Shown piece after piece: positions 19,090-29,028 of a stretch of DNA of 64,000 nt. Made by a program: the position numbers and the translations under genes. Under the pieces are notes generated by a model. That model was not told the DNA's origin. It saw nothing but the letters and a program-made list of their open reading frames with translations, and made no database searches. Source of the stretch: a virus (Duplodnaviria; Caudoviricetes); the IMG/VR virus record IMGVR_UViG_3300014205_007777, positions 5,476 to 69,475 of that record; one strand, 5' to 3'. Within the stretch, counting starts at the first letter, position 1, and each line of letters starts with the position of its first letter.

Positions 19090-19761
19090 TCAAATAGGTA
19101 GAAGCATCGGCGGGGGAGGGATTACCTGAAATAGCCACGCCAGTTGCGGGCGTGGAACTATTCTCGCTTCAGGATCTCCATACAAAACAAAATTATCCCG
19201 GTTGAACAATACCAAGTCCCGGATCAATTCGTCATCCACTCCCGCGGCATAATCGTTATAGCTTTGTTTCTGAATATCTCTCACCTCGCTCACGGTCTTA
19301 CCGTCCAGAAGAGCGTTCAGACCGGCGACAACCGGCATCATACAGGGTTTTGCCAGTTTATCTTCCCAGGGCACAGGAGTGCGCATCTCATCCAATATCC
19401 ACAAATAATCGTCGGTCCAACCCAAGAACGCCGCCGCCCCATGATCGATCAGATCGGGACCGAGATAATCTCCCGACTGGCAGGTAAACGAGTAGATAAC
19501 CTTATCTTTCACCTCGTCGTCGCTATACTCTCCTACTTTGAGCAGTACAGTATCATTCTGACCGGTAACCATATCGGAATCGCCATGACCTACGACTATA
19601 ATGACATCGGAATTGCGTGCGGTTAAAGAAAAGGGCAGACGCCGGGCAAGCGGACCATAAAGTTGAAAAGGTTCAAGACGCGGGGCAATATACTTTAAAA
19701 TAAACCCGCTGGCGCTGCGCGTGGAGTGATCGAAGTCGGCCATGGATAGTGTCGCGGTCAT
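19090..19761 (-). CDS. Clan CD (caspase/gingipain-like) cysteine peptidase-fold protein
   Basis: VIIVVGHG (His-Gly) ... VIYSFTCQSG (Cys) ... GAAAFLGW pattern. Confidence 0.6.
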   Translation of the reverse strand: MTATLSMADFDHSTRSASGFILKYIAPRLEPFQLYGPLARRLPFSLTARNSDVIIVVGHGDSDMVTGQNDTVLLKVGEYSDDEVKDKVIYSFTCQSGDYLGPDLIDHGAAAFLGWTDDYLWILDEMRTPVPWEDKLAKPCMMPVVAGLNALLDGKTVSEVRDIQKQSYNDYAAGVDDELIRDLVLFNRDNFVLYGDPEARIVPRPQLAWLFQVIPPPPMLLPI

Positions 19762-19770
19762 CTGGCCTCC

Positions 19771-20013
19771 CTATTTTCGATTCACCACTCTGTTCATTAA
19801 ACCAGCAAACTTCGGATCGTCTGCGATTCTCCCCGGCAAACTGCTTAAAGAAGCGGTATTGGGATACGACTTGTTCACGCCGGATGAAGCCAAAGAGGCA
19901 CTACTTCCCTGCGACGTAAGGTAATCCTGCATTGCTTTAGCCGCCGCCTGCCTGCCTTCCGGTGTCGTCGCCCGTGATAAAGCCTGCTTCAACATTTCAT
20001 ATTCGTAAGACAT
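19771..20013 (-). CDS. Hypothetical protein
   Basis: 80-aa ORF in operon. Confidence 0.5.
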   Translation of the reverse strand: MSYEYEMLKQALSRATTPEGRQAAAKAMQDYLTSQGSSASLASSGVNKSYPNTASLSSLPGRIADDPKFAGLMNRVVNRK

Positions 20014-20016
20014 AAA

Positions 20017-20457
20017 CTACCCCTCTGTTAGAGCTACCGTCACGTAGTCGATCACATAACTGCCTGATTTAGGAATAATAAAATTCGGGTCGTACGGTCC
20101 TGTCTGACTTGGACTGACCGACTGCTTAATATACTGAAAATCACCTATATCAGGCACAGTCATATATACCATTTTCAACGGATATTCCCATCCATCAGGT
20201 ATAGTATATTCCAATGTGGCATCTAAAGGACGGAGACTACCCAGAATAGGATCATTTTCTACGGTAAGCACCTTCGTTCCGGTACTGTCATAGAGATATA
20301 CCGTATATTGTATCATTACCGGAAAAGGATAATTCGCCAGACGTATAGTTACCTTCTTAATAGTCACCTTCTCGTACCACGGCCAGTAGATATTTAAAAA
20401 CCTAGGAAGTGGAGGTCCTTCCACAGGACTCATAGGCAATAATAAATCAGGATTCAT
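20017..20457 (-). CDS. Virion protein with LLLPMSP.EGPPLPR..NIYWPWYEK N-terminal module
   Basis: First 30 aa nearly identical to 20467-20790; unrelated beta-rich remainder. Confidence 0.65.
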   Translation of the reverse strand: MNPDLLLPMSPVEGPPLPRFLNIYWPWYEKVTIKKVTIRLANYPFPVMIQYTVYLYDSTGTKVLTVENDPILGSLRPLDATLEYTIPDGWEYPLKMVYMTVPDIGDFQYIKQSVSPSQTGPYDPNFIIPKSGSYVIDYVTVALTEG

Positions 20458-20466
20458 TTTGACCTC

Positions 20467-20790
20467 CTACGTAATCGTAAACGAAGCATATGCCGAGTGA
20501 CCGAAACTATCTTTCGCCGATATCGTATAGTTACCGGGATCCGTTACATAGAACGAGCCGCTACCGCTACCTGTACTATCAGCCGTAGTCATAAAAGTAC
20601 TGCCGTTGCTCAATTTCAACGTTACCGCATAGTTAGGCTCGAATCCCGCTATCTCGTAATGAACTTCACTCCCGAATATCGTAACCGATATATATTCATT
20701 TTTCTCGTACCACGGCCAGTAGATATTCATTAACCTGGGTAAAGGCGGACCTTCTTCTGGGCTCATGGGTAATAATAATTCTAAGTCCAT
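20467..20790 (-). CDS. Virion protein with the same N-terminal module plus an Ig-like domain
   Basis: GFEPNYAVTL...TTADSTGSG...PGNYTISAKD, the same Ig type as repeats in 20800-23421. Confidence 0.65.
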   Translation of the reverse strand: MDLELLLPMSPEEGPPLPRLMNIYWPWYEKNEYISVTIFGSEVHYEIAGFEPNYAVTLKLSNGSTFMTTADSTGSGSGSFYVTDPGNYTISAKDSFGHSAYASFTIT

Positions 20791-20799
20791 ATTATCCTC

Positions 20800-23421
20800 C
20801 TAACTGATCACGATATTTACCGGACCACTGGTAATCGTTGGTTCCCCGTGAGGTCCCATATAACCCGGGAAAGTACCTATGGAGTATATCGTCGCCCCAC
20901 CCGCAGCTATCGCTTTAACCTGGCAACCCGAAGCCATAGTGGTAAATGTAACCAGATGCGGGTCTAAAGTATAAAACTGAACAAATGAGGAATTGACTAT
21001 CTCTATCCTACCGTCGGAGTAGTATATCTTAGAAAGAGCCATGACCCAATCCCCGACACGCATGTAAAACGGGTTCAGACTGGTACCCGTTATTGCTATT
21101 TCCAGCCGTGTAATACCGGTCACGTCACCTGTAATACGGAAAGACGCCGTAGCTTCATTCCCCGCCGTATCGGTAACAAACAAGAAATACAGACCGGCTA
21201 CGGCATTTACACCAATATAACCCGTGCCTCCGCCGTTGGCATCAGTATTGGCCGTCATGGGATTAGATACAATCGATCCGCCTTCGGATAGTACCTTAAC
21301 GGTTACCACACCGTTTTTCACAAAATTAGTAAAGGTGAAGGTCAGTGTTTCCCCTGCCTTTAATGAGGTCGGCGATACCGTTACCGCGGGTATAAGCATT
21401 ATCGTGAGTGATGTCGTGGCCGAATGTCCGTAGTTATCGGTTGCCTGCATAGTAAAAGTACCCGCATTATTACTGAATATGAAAATATTCTGACTACCGT
21501 TACCATCAGGGCCCGCGGTAATATTGAACGGAGATGACCCGGCACCCTGTACCGTCACCGCCGCACCTGGTTTAAACCCGGTAAATGAAACCGTTACCGC
21601 ATCGCCGCTGTTTATCGTCGAAGGTGTTACGGTCAATGTGGACAGTGTTGAGGGTTCGGTCACTGTGAAATTAGCGGACGCGGAGTTATTATAGGTATCC
21701 CTTGCCTCAAGGATATAGCTCCCTGCCGGATCGTCAATAACAATTGCTCCGTAACCGGCACCGCTTGAATCAGCCGTAACAGTTGATCCTTTTCCTGTCT
21801 CTGCTACTCTCACTGTTACGGTACTGTTAGCTCTGAAACCGGTAAAGTTAAAGGACAACGTGTTCCCTCTCTGCACAGTGGTCGGAGTAACGGTCAGAGT
21901 AGCGGCACCCGCCGACTGTATCTGCACGACATTATTCTGCCTGGCTGTGAGTAATGGGGAAGGCATACCAATAAGGTCATTAACCCAGTCACCAATCTTT
22001 ACCAGGATATCAAAAGGTCCATCGGAACGGTTGGGAATCGTCAGTAATATAGTCGCATAAACCGTAAGCGGCTGGTTAGGACTGGAATAATTGACGGCAA
22101 CATCAACATGGACACCGGTTCCCGACACCTCGTTACTACCTTTGGCAAGATTAGCGTAAAGCGTTTTCTGCCATCCTCCCAATCCCTGGTACTGGAAACT
22201 TACGGTTATACTCAACGTATCACCGGGGCTCTTATTAATAACCTGTCCGGCGGGCACCCCGTCATAGCTGAAAACCGCCAGGTTACTGACAGTATCGGCT
22301 TCAGACCGTATATTAACCACGTCGTTCTGCCTGGCTGTAAGTAATGGGGAAGGCATACCCAAAAGATTGACCCAGTCACCGATCTTTACCAGGATATCAA
22401 AAGGTCCATCGGAACGGTTGGGAATCGTTAGGGTGATAGACGCCAGTTGTGTTGTCGGCGTATAAAGACTGGCATTTTCAACAGAAATACTCGCATGTAC
22501 ACCGGTACCTGATACCTCATTGCTATCTTTAGCAAGATTAGCGTAAAGCGTCTTGGTCCAGTTACCCGGCCCTTTGTACTTGTACTGGACATTTATCGTC
22601 ATCGTATCGCCGGGACTTTTAGTGATCTCCTGGCCCGCGGCTGCGGAATCATAAGAAACGATATTCAAGTCGCTTATGACAGACTCGTCAGTCTGTATCT
22701 CAACGACATTCTCGACCAGAGGGAATACCTTACTGCCGAGTTTAACGTAGATATCGAACGGACCATCGGAACGGTTGGGAATCGGAATATCTATGGTAAA
22801 CTCCTGTTCAATGGGAGTATCGGGGCTGGACTCGGTCACTTCTATGGCTTTACTATTCCCGCTAAAGGATACCTCATCGGTACCATGCGACAGGACCGCA
22901 TAGAGCGTCTCCCGCCAACTTCCCGGTCCCTGATACATAAATCTTACGGTAATCTCCATCGTATCACCGGGATTTTTAGTAATTACCTGCCCGGCAGGAA
23001 CACCGTCATAAGAAACTATTTCCTTATCGGTGATCGAACTGGCGCCCTCACCCGTCGTTGTTTTTAACGCTGGTTTGGAACGAGCCAGCACGGGAAAGGA
23101 TAGAATATCCGCCAGACTCTTAGTACCGGAAATAAGCAATGGCGCCGGGGTAGCAATCACGGTATAGTCAAATATCCCCTCCACTTCGGGAGTCCATTTA
23201 ATCTTAAATTCTCCGGTAATGGGTATCGGAAGACCGCGGGCGAATTCTACTGATTCGATAATACTGGGTTTATTCCATTCCTTATGCTGGAGTTCGGCAT
23301 ATACCCAGGGGGGCGCACCGACCGCACCCTCGATTTTCGCCGTACCCTCTATGGTATACTCGGTACCAATAGCAACCGTATCCGGCAGGGATTTAGTTAT
23401 TTCAAGCTCTACGAAAGACAT
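20800..23421 (-). CDS. Large multi-Ig-like-domain virion surface protein
   Basis: Three 120-130-aa repeats (SYDG.PAGQ.I.K.PGDT...TIPNRSDGPFDI.VK.G) and three LTVTP Ig repeats. Confidence 0.75.
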   Translation of the reverse strand: MSFVELEITKSLPDTVAIGTEYTIEGTAKIEGAVGAPPWVYAELQHKEWNKPSIIESVEFARGLPIPITGEFKIKWTPEVEGIFDYTVIATPAPLLISGTKSLADILSFPVLARSKPALKTTTGEGASSITDKEIVSYDGVPAGQVITKNPGDTMEITVRFMYQGPGSWRETLYAVLSHGTDEVSFSGNSKAIEVTESSPDTPIEQEFTIDIPIPNRSDGPFDIYVKLGSKVFPLVENVVEIQTDESVISDLNIVSYDSAAAGQEITKSPGDTMTINVQYKYKGPGNWTKTLYANLAKDSNEVSGTGVHASISVENASLYTPTTQLASITLTIPNRSDGPFDILVKIGDWVNLLGMPSPLLTARQNDVVNIRSEADTVSNLAVFSYDGVPAGQVINKSPGDTLSITVSFQYQGLGGWQKTLYANLAKGSNEVSGTGVHVDVAVNYSSPNQPLTVYATILLTIPNRSDGPFDILVKIGDWVNDLIGMPSPLLTARQNNVVQIQSAGAATLTVTPTTVQRGNTLSFNFTGFRANSTVTVRVAETGKGSTVTADSSGAGYGAIVIDDPAGSYILEARDTYNNSASANFTVTEPSTLSTLTVTPSTINSGDAVTVSFTGFKPGAAVTVQGAGSSPFNITAGPDGNGSQNIFIFSNNAGTFTMQATDNYGHSATTSLTIMLIPAVTVSPTSLKAGETLTFTFTNFVKNGVVTVKVLSEGGSIVSNPMTANTDANGGGTGYIGVNAVAGLYFLFVTDTAGNEATASFRITGDVTGITRLEIAITGTSLNPFYMRVGDWVMALSKIYYSDGRIEIVNSSFVQFYTLDPHLVTFTTMASGCQVKAIAAGGATIYSIGTFPGYMGPHGEPTITSGPVNIVIS
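21935..22800. repeat. Intragenic DNA duplication (about 360-390 bp period)
   Basis: ATCGGAACGGTTGGGAATCG at 22021, 22408 and 22765; long near-identical blocks at 21935 and 22325. Confidence 0.85.
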
Positions 23422-23443
23422 ATCAGCCTCCTACTACGGGTCT

Positions 23444-23752
23444 TTAATCTTTAATCAGTTCCGCAAGTGGTAATTTCGAAGCTTCTTTCATAATTTGGCG
23501 TATCTCGGCGATTTTCTCCATATCACACTTGTTGATCATTCCGACAAGCTCGACAGCCTTGTTCAGAGTTTCGATTCCGGGATTTTGTCTTTGCAGTTCA
23601 ATGATCTTGTCAAGAAGATCGGTAATGGACTTGATCCTCTCCGGGGGAAGTTTGGTTAGATATTCCGCTAAGACATTAACTTTCTGCAATAGAGAGTTAG
23701 CCTCGGCGGGATTGGGAAGTTTACCTAAAGCATTAAATAATCCGCTAACCAT
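23444..23752 (-). CDS. Helical hypothetical protein
   Basis: 102-aa ORF linking metabolic and structural blocks. Confidence 0.55.
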   Translation of the reverse strand: MVSGLFNALGKLPNPAEANSLLQKVNVLAEYLTKLPPERIKSITDLLDKIIELQRQNPGIETLNKAVELVGMINKCDMEKIAEIRQIMKEASKLPLAELIKD

Positions 23753-23756
23753 AGGT

Positions 23757-24347
23757 CTATTTTAGCACACCTCCTTGTTTAGTCAATAGCAGACTGACAC
23801 CGGGCATCACTATCCGCTGGTTTTCCCTGACTACATAACGATAGCGCCTGGCGAAATCAAATAACTCCTTCGTTATTTTCACATCGTGCAGACAATAATC
23901 CACCAGTTCGGCATACCTTCCTTCCTGGTAGAGAACAGGAGCAAGAGAACCATTACCGCTTTTGTGCATACCGATGGTATCAAAAACCACATCGTTTAAT
24001 TTATAGCCGCTGTGAGTATTATAGCTATATTCTTCTGGATTAAGACCAAGCGATATCCATATTTCCCTCAGTATGTCGTAATCTTTCGAGGTACGGACCG
24101 GGTTATCATACGTGGCGTTGATCACCTTCCAGTCAAAACTAACTGTGTTATAACCCGCGATAACATCATAGTTACACAGTATATCCAAACCCTCTTTAAT
24201 ATTCTTATCATCAAATACTCGATAACGGTGTGTAACGTAATCATAGATGACAAGCACGCTCACTCCCATTTCACCATAACTCGACCAACCGAGCGTACAC
24301 TCCGAGATAGGTTTTTTAATTTCCAGGTCGAATACTGCAACACGCAT
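23757..24347 (-). CDS. DnaQ/RNase H-like 3'-5' exonuclease domain protein
   Basis: VFDLEI (ExoI), GYNTVSFD (ExoII), YCLHDV (ExoIII). Confidence 0.8.
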   Translation of the reverse strand: MRVAVFDLEIKKPISECTLGWSSYGEMGVSVLVIYDYVTHRYRVFDDKNIKEGLDILCNYDVIAGYNTVSFDWKVINATYDNPVRTSKDYDILREIWISLGLNPEEYSYNTHSGYKLNDVVFDTIGMHKSGNGSLAPVLYQEGRYAELVDYCLHDVKITKELFDFARRYRYVVRENQRIVMPGVSLLLTKQGGVLK

Positions 24348-24351
24348 ATGA

Positions 24352-25272
24352 TCACCCCTTTTTTAACTGGCTATTTATTGTCCACCGGATAAAGTCATAG
24401 GTAAGTTCATCCCCGTTGATATTAGAGGAAAAATTATCTCCCTTGAGATAGGGCGTAAACGCACTTACCATACGGGCTAACTGGCTCTCTATAGGAGTCG
24501 GTTTGAAGTTGGGTTCTATTTTAAAATCTACTAATATGGTTCTACTGATCCACTCGGCGAGCTGCCCCAGGGTGGGCGGATGAGGATTGGTCAGCCAGTA
24601 TGTACCCGGGTCCGTAAACTCCGCCATCTTCTCGGCAACCTTATCGATGCGCACCATATTCAGGTAACCGTTGGGATTCCCTTTAGCGCGGAACACCGGT
24701 CGTATCACCGGCAGCCGAAGACCGCCTTCAACCGCGCGTCTAATCCTTTCGGCCCTCCTGTGCACTCTTACGATCATAGAGACAAACTGTGGAAAGTGAC
24801 CGCCGCAGGGGTAATCCGGGGTACCGAGCACAATAGAGGGTTTGAAGATAGTCTTCAGCGGTATATCGGACTCACGTACCAGCATCTCCGCAAGAGCCTT
24901 ACTTCTCTCATAAGAGTTACGACCCAGGGTATATGCGGTCGAACAAAACAAGATATGGGGTATATCATGCCTGGTACAGAATTTTAGAACGTTCTCGGTA
25001 CCCCAAACGTTAGTACGGTACGTCATACCATCTTTGTCGGTACCGAGATTCACTATACCGGCCAGGTGGAAAATCTGATCAAAATGAGGTAATGAGTCCG
25101 CCTCTATTCCCAACCCTTCTTTCAAAACGTCACCCTTGACGGCTATAACCCTCATTCTTTTTTCTTGAGGCGGAATACGGTAAAGCGCATATACGAGATT
25201 ACCCTGGGACGCCAGATTATCTACCAGGGCCTGACCGATAAAACCTGAAGCTCCTGTGACTAATATATTCAC
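24352..25272 (-). CDS. Extended SDR oxidoreductase (fatty-acyl/thioester reductase-like)
   Basis: NILVTGASGFIG Rossmann motif, IFHLAG, NVWGT, CSTAY, YERSK (YxxxK), KPSIV. Confidence 0.85.
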   Translation of the reverse strand: MNILVTGASGFIGQALVDNLASQGNLVYALYRIPPQEKRMRVIAVKGDVLKEGLGIEADSLPHFDQIFHLAGIVNLGTDKDGMTYRTNVWGTENVLKFCTRHDIPHILFCSTAYTLGRNSYERSKALAEMLVRESDIPLKTIFKPSIVLGTPDYPCGGHFPQFVSMIVRVHRRAERIRRAVEGGLRLPVIRPVFRAKGNPNGYLNMVRIDKVAEKMAEFTDPGTYWLTNPHPPTLGQLAEWISRTILVDFKIEPNFKPTPIESQLARMVSAFTPYLKGDNFSSNINGDELTYDFIRWTINSQLKKG

Positions 25273-25416
25273 CTCTTATTATCCTTTACTACCAGTATTG
25301 TTTTACATTGAAAACACTGCCAGTAGTCTTTTTTACCGGTGATATGTACCACTCTCTTACTTTTACAGACAGGACAAATAATCATATTTTACTCTCAATT
25401 TATAGTGTGGCATTTT

Positions 25417-25791
25417 TTATTGTAAAGTAACTTTATGCTTAACTATACGGGATAAAGTCCATCTAGAAACCCGCCACCGGCGTGCCGTGGTTGGAACACC
25501 GTACCGACTTATTTCAAGCAGTATACGAGATCTGTTACTTTCATAGTAATCTCGCATCAATGCCCAGTTTCCTTTAGGCGGTAACGGTACCCTCGTTTTC
25601 TCGAATTCCGCTACAGCCTGTTCATTAAGCTGCTCTACCCTGTGGACCAAACGCACAATAGATATTCCCTTCCTCAACTCACCATAATAGTCTATAAAAT
25701 ACTTAATCAACCCGCATTCACACCTTCCCCATGCGATACACTCTTCACCTTCTGCGGGAAACATCTCAGGAAACCGGTGAGCGTGAGACAA
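25417..25791 (-). CDS. Hypothetical protein with C-terminal HTH
   Basis: GVPTTARRWRVSRWTLSRI HTH-like end; N-terminal His/Cys motif. Confidence 0.5.
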   Translation of the reverse strand: MSHAHRFPEMFPAEGEECIAWGRCECGLIKYFIDYYGELRKGISIVRLVHRVEQLNEQAVAEFEKTRVPLPPKGNWALMRDYYESNRSRILLEISRYGVPTTARRWRVSRWTLSRIVKHKVTLQ

Positions 25792-25800
25792 TATGTCCTC

Positions 25801-26802
25801 CTAACCGAATATCTGACCTATAACTATTAGAATCTCATATACTGCACCGACTATAACCATGAGAGCCGCCCACTTCTTAAAATTAGATTTAAGTAAAAGC
25901 AAGCAGGCTAATAACGGGGGAAAGACTATAAAACAAATACCGGTGAGGGGTTTTAGGACTCCGATATTGATGAGCAACCCCTGATAAAAGAACATGAAAA
26001 GGAACCATGCGGTAAGATACCACTGGAGGGTTGAGAGGGATTTTACACTTACTATCGTTTCACCCATATCAGTTACAGTACTAATATCCCCATCTTCCAC
26101 TGTTTTCGTCTGTCGTTCGCGGTGCACTATCCAATCCGAGTGTTTCCATACCTCATATGCCATACTCTTTACGCCTTTTTTGAGATTAGCGGAGGCGTCG
26201 TCCCACTCGTCTAACGCTAATCCCGCAAAACTCAAAACTATCATAAAAGGAACACTGGCTAGTAAGATGTTCATCCAGTTCGGCGAAGGATTGACTGCCA
26301 GAGCACCGATTATTGCCGGTATCGGACCGCAGGCTATACCTAGCGCAAGTTCGTGTGTATAACTAAATTTAGCTATAAAACTATACCAGAAAGTCATCGA
26401 CATACCGACCACAGCCACAGGTAAAATCAACCATGAAACATTTATTGCTAAATATATTACAGGGATAAACGCCAGTATGATATAAACCACACCCAATATC
26501 CATGTCTCACGCAAACTTAACATCTTTTTAGCTATCAGATTGGAACCACCAGTATATGTTTTTTCCGCGCTTCTTTCCTCTACTTCGCCACTATCCAATC
26601 CGGTCATCCAATCCCCCGCTCCATTCAAGATATGCCCTGATGCCATTATTAGTAACGTAGCTACGGCAGCAACCCAAGTATTAACGTGTATTCCACCGGA
26701 TATTACAGAACCCAAAAACATCGCGGCTAAAAAGTACGGAGCCGCAAACCACCTTGGGGCCTGGATAACGTAGGTCTTAAACTTTTGAATGTTCATTATC
26801 AT
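25801..26802 (-). CDS. UbiA-family (MenA-like) membrane prenyltransferase
   Basis: Multiple TM helices; LNGAGDWMTGLD and LDEWDDASAN acidic motifs; KKGVKSMA after second motif. Confidence 0.85.
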   Translation of the reverse strand: MIMNIQKFKTYVIQAPRWFAAPYFLAAMFLGSVISGGIHVNTWVAAVATLLIMASGHILNGAGDWMTGLDSGEVEERSAEKTYTGGSNLIAKKMLSLRETWILGVVYIILAFIPVIYLAINVSWLILPVAVVGMSMTFWYSFIAKFSYTHELALGIACGPIPAIIGALAVNPSPNWMNILLASVPFMIVLSFAGLALDEWDDASANLKKGVKSMAYEVWKHSDWIVHRERQTKTVEDGDISTVTDMGETIVSVKSLSTLQWYLTAWFLFMFFYQGLLINIGVLKPLTGICFIVFPPLLACLLLLKSNFKKWAALMVIVGAVYEILIVIGQIFG

Positions 26803-27721
26803 ACTCCTTAATAAGTGTATTTACTTTGTTTACGATTTCTTTTTCAGATAATTCTTTCAACTCATGTTCCCAAATAACTAACATTCCATAGCCATACCTT
26901 GAGTATACTTCACGTCTTTCTGACTCTTTTCTATAAGGTTGCGTCGCTTTGGGACCGTGCCAGTAATCACCAAAAAATTCAATTATTAGTTTCTTGCCAT
27001 TACAATTGATGAAATCGGGTACTAAATTTTCTATTACCAATTTGCCACTACCGACATATTTCCACTGATCTGGGAAATATTTATCCAAGATAGAGCAAAG
27101 CTGTGTTTCTTTTTTATTTGGTCTTTTCATACCACGCCTTTGAGCCATTACCATTTCTGTCTTCATTCTTTTCCACTGTTCCTTCGCTATCCGACTCTGG
27201 TACTCCCTCCCCTCTGCTGTTCTCATACGTTCATGACCTTTTTGAAGGAACTTTTCAAGAATTTCTGGATGCTTTATTCGCGTTGTTTTAGCACCCTTCG
27301 CTGAAGATATTCTATGTTCAGGTGATTGGTTTAACTCTTTAAGGTGATTAAGTAACTTATTTCTAAATTCTGGCTCTTGCCATTTCTTTTTAAGGGAACC
27401 GCGTTGCTTAGTTATAAGACCTCGTTTTATATTAACTTCGGGAGTGTGAGCTTCTGGTATGTCGCCCCTTTTTATTGCAGCAACGCTCATCTTTTTTATA
27501 GTATCGGCAGTAAAGCACCCTTTCTTGCCTTTATTCCAAGCCTTAGTACCTTTACGACCCAACGACGTACACCGACGACTGTGGTATTTTATCTCACCTC
27601 TCTTTATTAAGGCGCTCTTATATTCCCAAAAATCAACACCACAATACTGGCACTTCAACCATACAATCTCAGCCCCTCGCCCACCTACCTCTCTTATTCT
27701 ATCCCTTACTCTCATCTCCAA
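26777..27721 (-). CDS. Free-standing homing-type endonuclease (NUMOD3-like motifs plus Vsr/DUF559-like nuclease)
   Basis: AWNKGK motif; C-terminal PDF...IIEFFGDYWHG...VIWEHE. Confidence 0.75.
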   Translation of the reverse strand: MEMRVRDRIREVGGRGAEIVWLKCQYCGVDFWEYKSALIKRGEIKYHSRRCTSLGRKGTKAWNKGKKGCFTADTIKKMSVAAIKRGDIPEAHTPEVNIKRGLITKQRGSLKKKWQEPEFRNKLLNHLKELNQSPEHRISSAKGAKTTRIKHPEILEKFLQKGHERMRTAEGREYQSRIAKEQWKRMKTEMVMAQRRGMKRPNKKETQLCSILDKYFPDQWKYVGSGKLVIENLVPDFINCNGKKLIIEFFGDYWHGPKATQPYRKESERREVYSRYGYGMLVIWEHELKELSEKEIVNKVNTLIKEYDNEHSKV

Positions 27722-27879
27722 CCTTACTCTTAGCTACTTTTAAAATTATACTCAGTACTTCAGCTACTGTAGTATTTGACTTTTGAGCCATACTCAGCAG
27801 AACCAGATATTCTTTTACATTTACTCTGATTATTCTTGTGTTCAATTCTGAAGGATATTTTCTCTTAGTCATGTATACA

Positions 27880-29028
27880 TTATACTACACTTGTTACAAG
27901 GCTGTCAATAGTATTAGGAAAAATCTCCTCCTTATTTTCACTATAGATTACCGCTGGTTTTGGCTTCATACCAAAACGGCACAAAGTCATCCCCCCCGAC
28001 ATTCCGGGACCAATTGACAACATCGCCACATAATCTCCCGGTTGAATATTCTCACTCATTAATAGTTTCCCTTGAATCCCAACACTTGTCGAACTTGTAT
28101 TACCATAAAGCCGTAGTGTCTCCCGCGAAAGAGCAAGTTTCTCCTCTGGCAAACTTAAAGCCTTACCTATATTATCTATCACCGAACCTCCTGCAGCATG
28201 TATAACCCACCAGGTTATATCCCATATATCCAGCCCATTGCGTTTTAACACAGCCCATACCGCGGGTTTGACCACCTGTGCCGCCAGTTCCGGCACACGG
28301 CGTGATAGTATCACTCTCAACCTTCCGTTACGCCACTCAAACCCCAGGTCATCAAGATACTCCGTATTGGTATTATTCTCGGTATCTATTATTTCCGGAT
28401 GCCGCCAATCATCATCGTCTCCGATAAGAGCTGCAATAGCAGCATCGGCAAAAAGTGCATTACTGCGTAAAACTTCAAATCCGTTCTCGGGATCTGGACG
28501 GCAAGTAACATCATCGGGGTTTTCTCTCTCCGGCCAATACGCCAAACTACTTAATTCACAGTTCACCGCTAAAGCCTGCCCGCCATTGGCCTTTACATAA
28601 TCATAAGCTGTTTTCAGACCAGGGAAAGCAGCTTCACAACCCATTCCGGAGTTATTAATTATATAGGTGTCCGGCGAAAATCCTAACCGCGCAGACAAAA
28701 AATGGGGAATAGTCGGACCGGGAGCGAATCCGGTACAGCTCCCGTATATCATACGTTTAATTGCTTTTATATCCCTTCCGTCCAGGCAATTTTTTATAGC
28801 TTCTACAGACAGATCCACAGCCTTTCCTCTATAGAGGTCTTGCTGTTCCTGGAAAGACATTTTCACCGCGTCCGATAATTTTATTACGAAATGACGCTTA
28901 TCTATCCCGCTGTCACGGAAAATACGCCACCAAACCTTAGGATAACCCAATATATTAAATGCCTCTTCTTGGGTATACCAATACTCCGGTACCGCGTAAC
29001 CAATAGAAATAAGTTTAACCCTGCTCAA
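27880..29028 (-). CDS. Type III polyketide synthase (chalcone synthase superfamily)
   Basis: Complete Cys-His-Asn triad: GMGCEAA, WVIHAAG, YGNTSS; also NCELSS, LFADAA, IGPG motifs. Confidence 0.92.
   Translation of the reverse strand: MSRVKLISIGYAVPEYWYTQEEAFNILGYPKVWWRIFRDSGIDKRHFVIKLSDAVKMSFQEQQDLYRGKAVDLSVEAIKNCLDGRDIKAIKRMIYGSCTGFAPGPTIPHFLSARLGFSPDTYIINNSGMGCEAAFPGLKTAYDYVKANGGQALAVNCELSSLAYWPERENPDDVTCRPDPENGFEVLRSNALFADAAIAALIGDDDDWRHPEIIDTENNTNTEYLDDLGFEWRNGRLRVILSRRVPELAAQVVKPAVWAVLKRNGLDIWDITWWVIHAAGGSVIDNIGKALSLPEEKLALSRETLRLYGNTSSTSVGIQGKLLMSENIQPGDYVAMLSIGPGMSGGMTLCRFGMKPKPAVIYSENKEEIFPNTIDSLVTSVV

Noticed and set aside
8173-24987. Numerous plus-strand ORFs overlapping the minus-strand structural and lipid genes (e.g. 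8173, 9285, 19144, 24012, 24580)
   Set aside because: Antisense shadows of longer genes that have SD sites and recognisable motifs
26777-27876. Self-splicing intron carrying the endonuclease
   Set aside because: Both neighbouring genes appear complete and I found no group I (P7, J8/7) or group II terminal motifs
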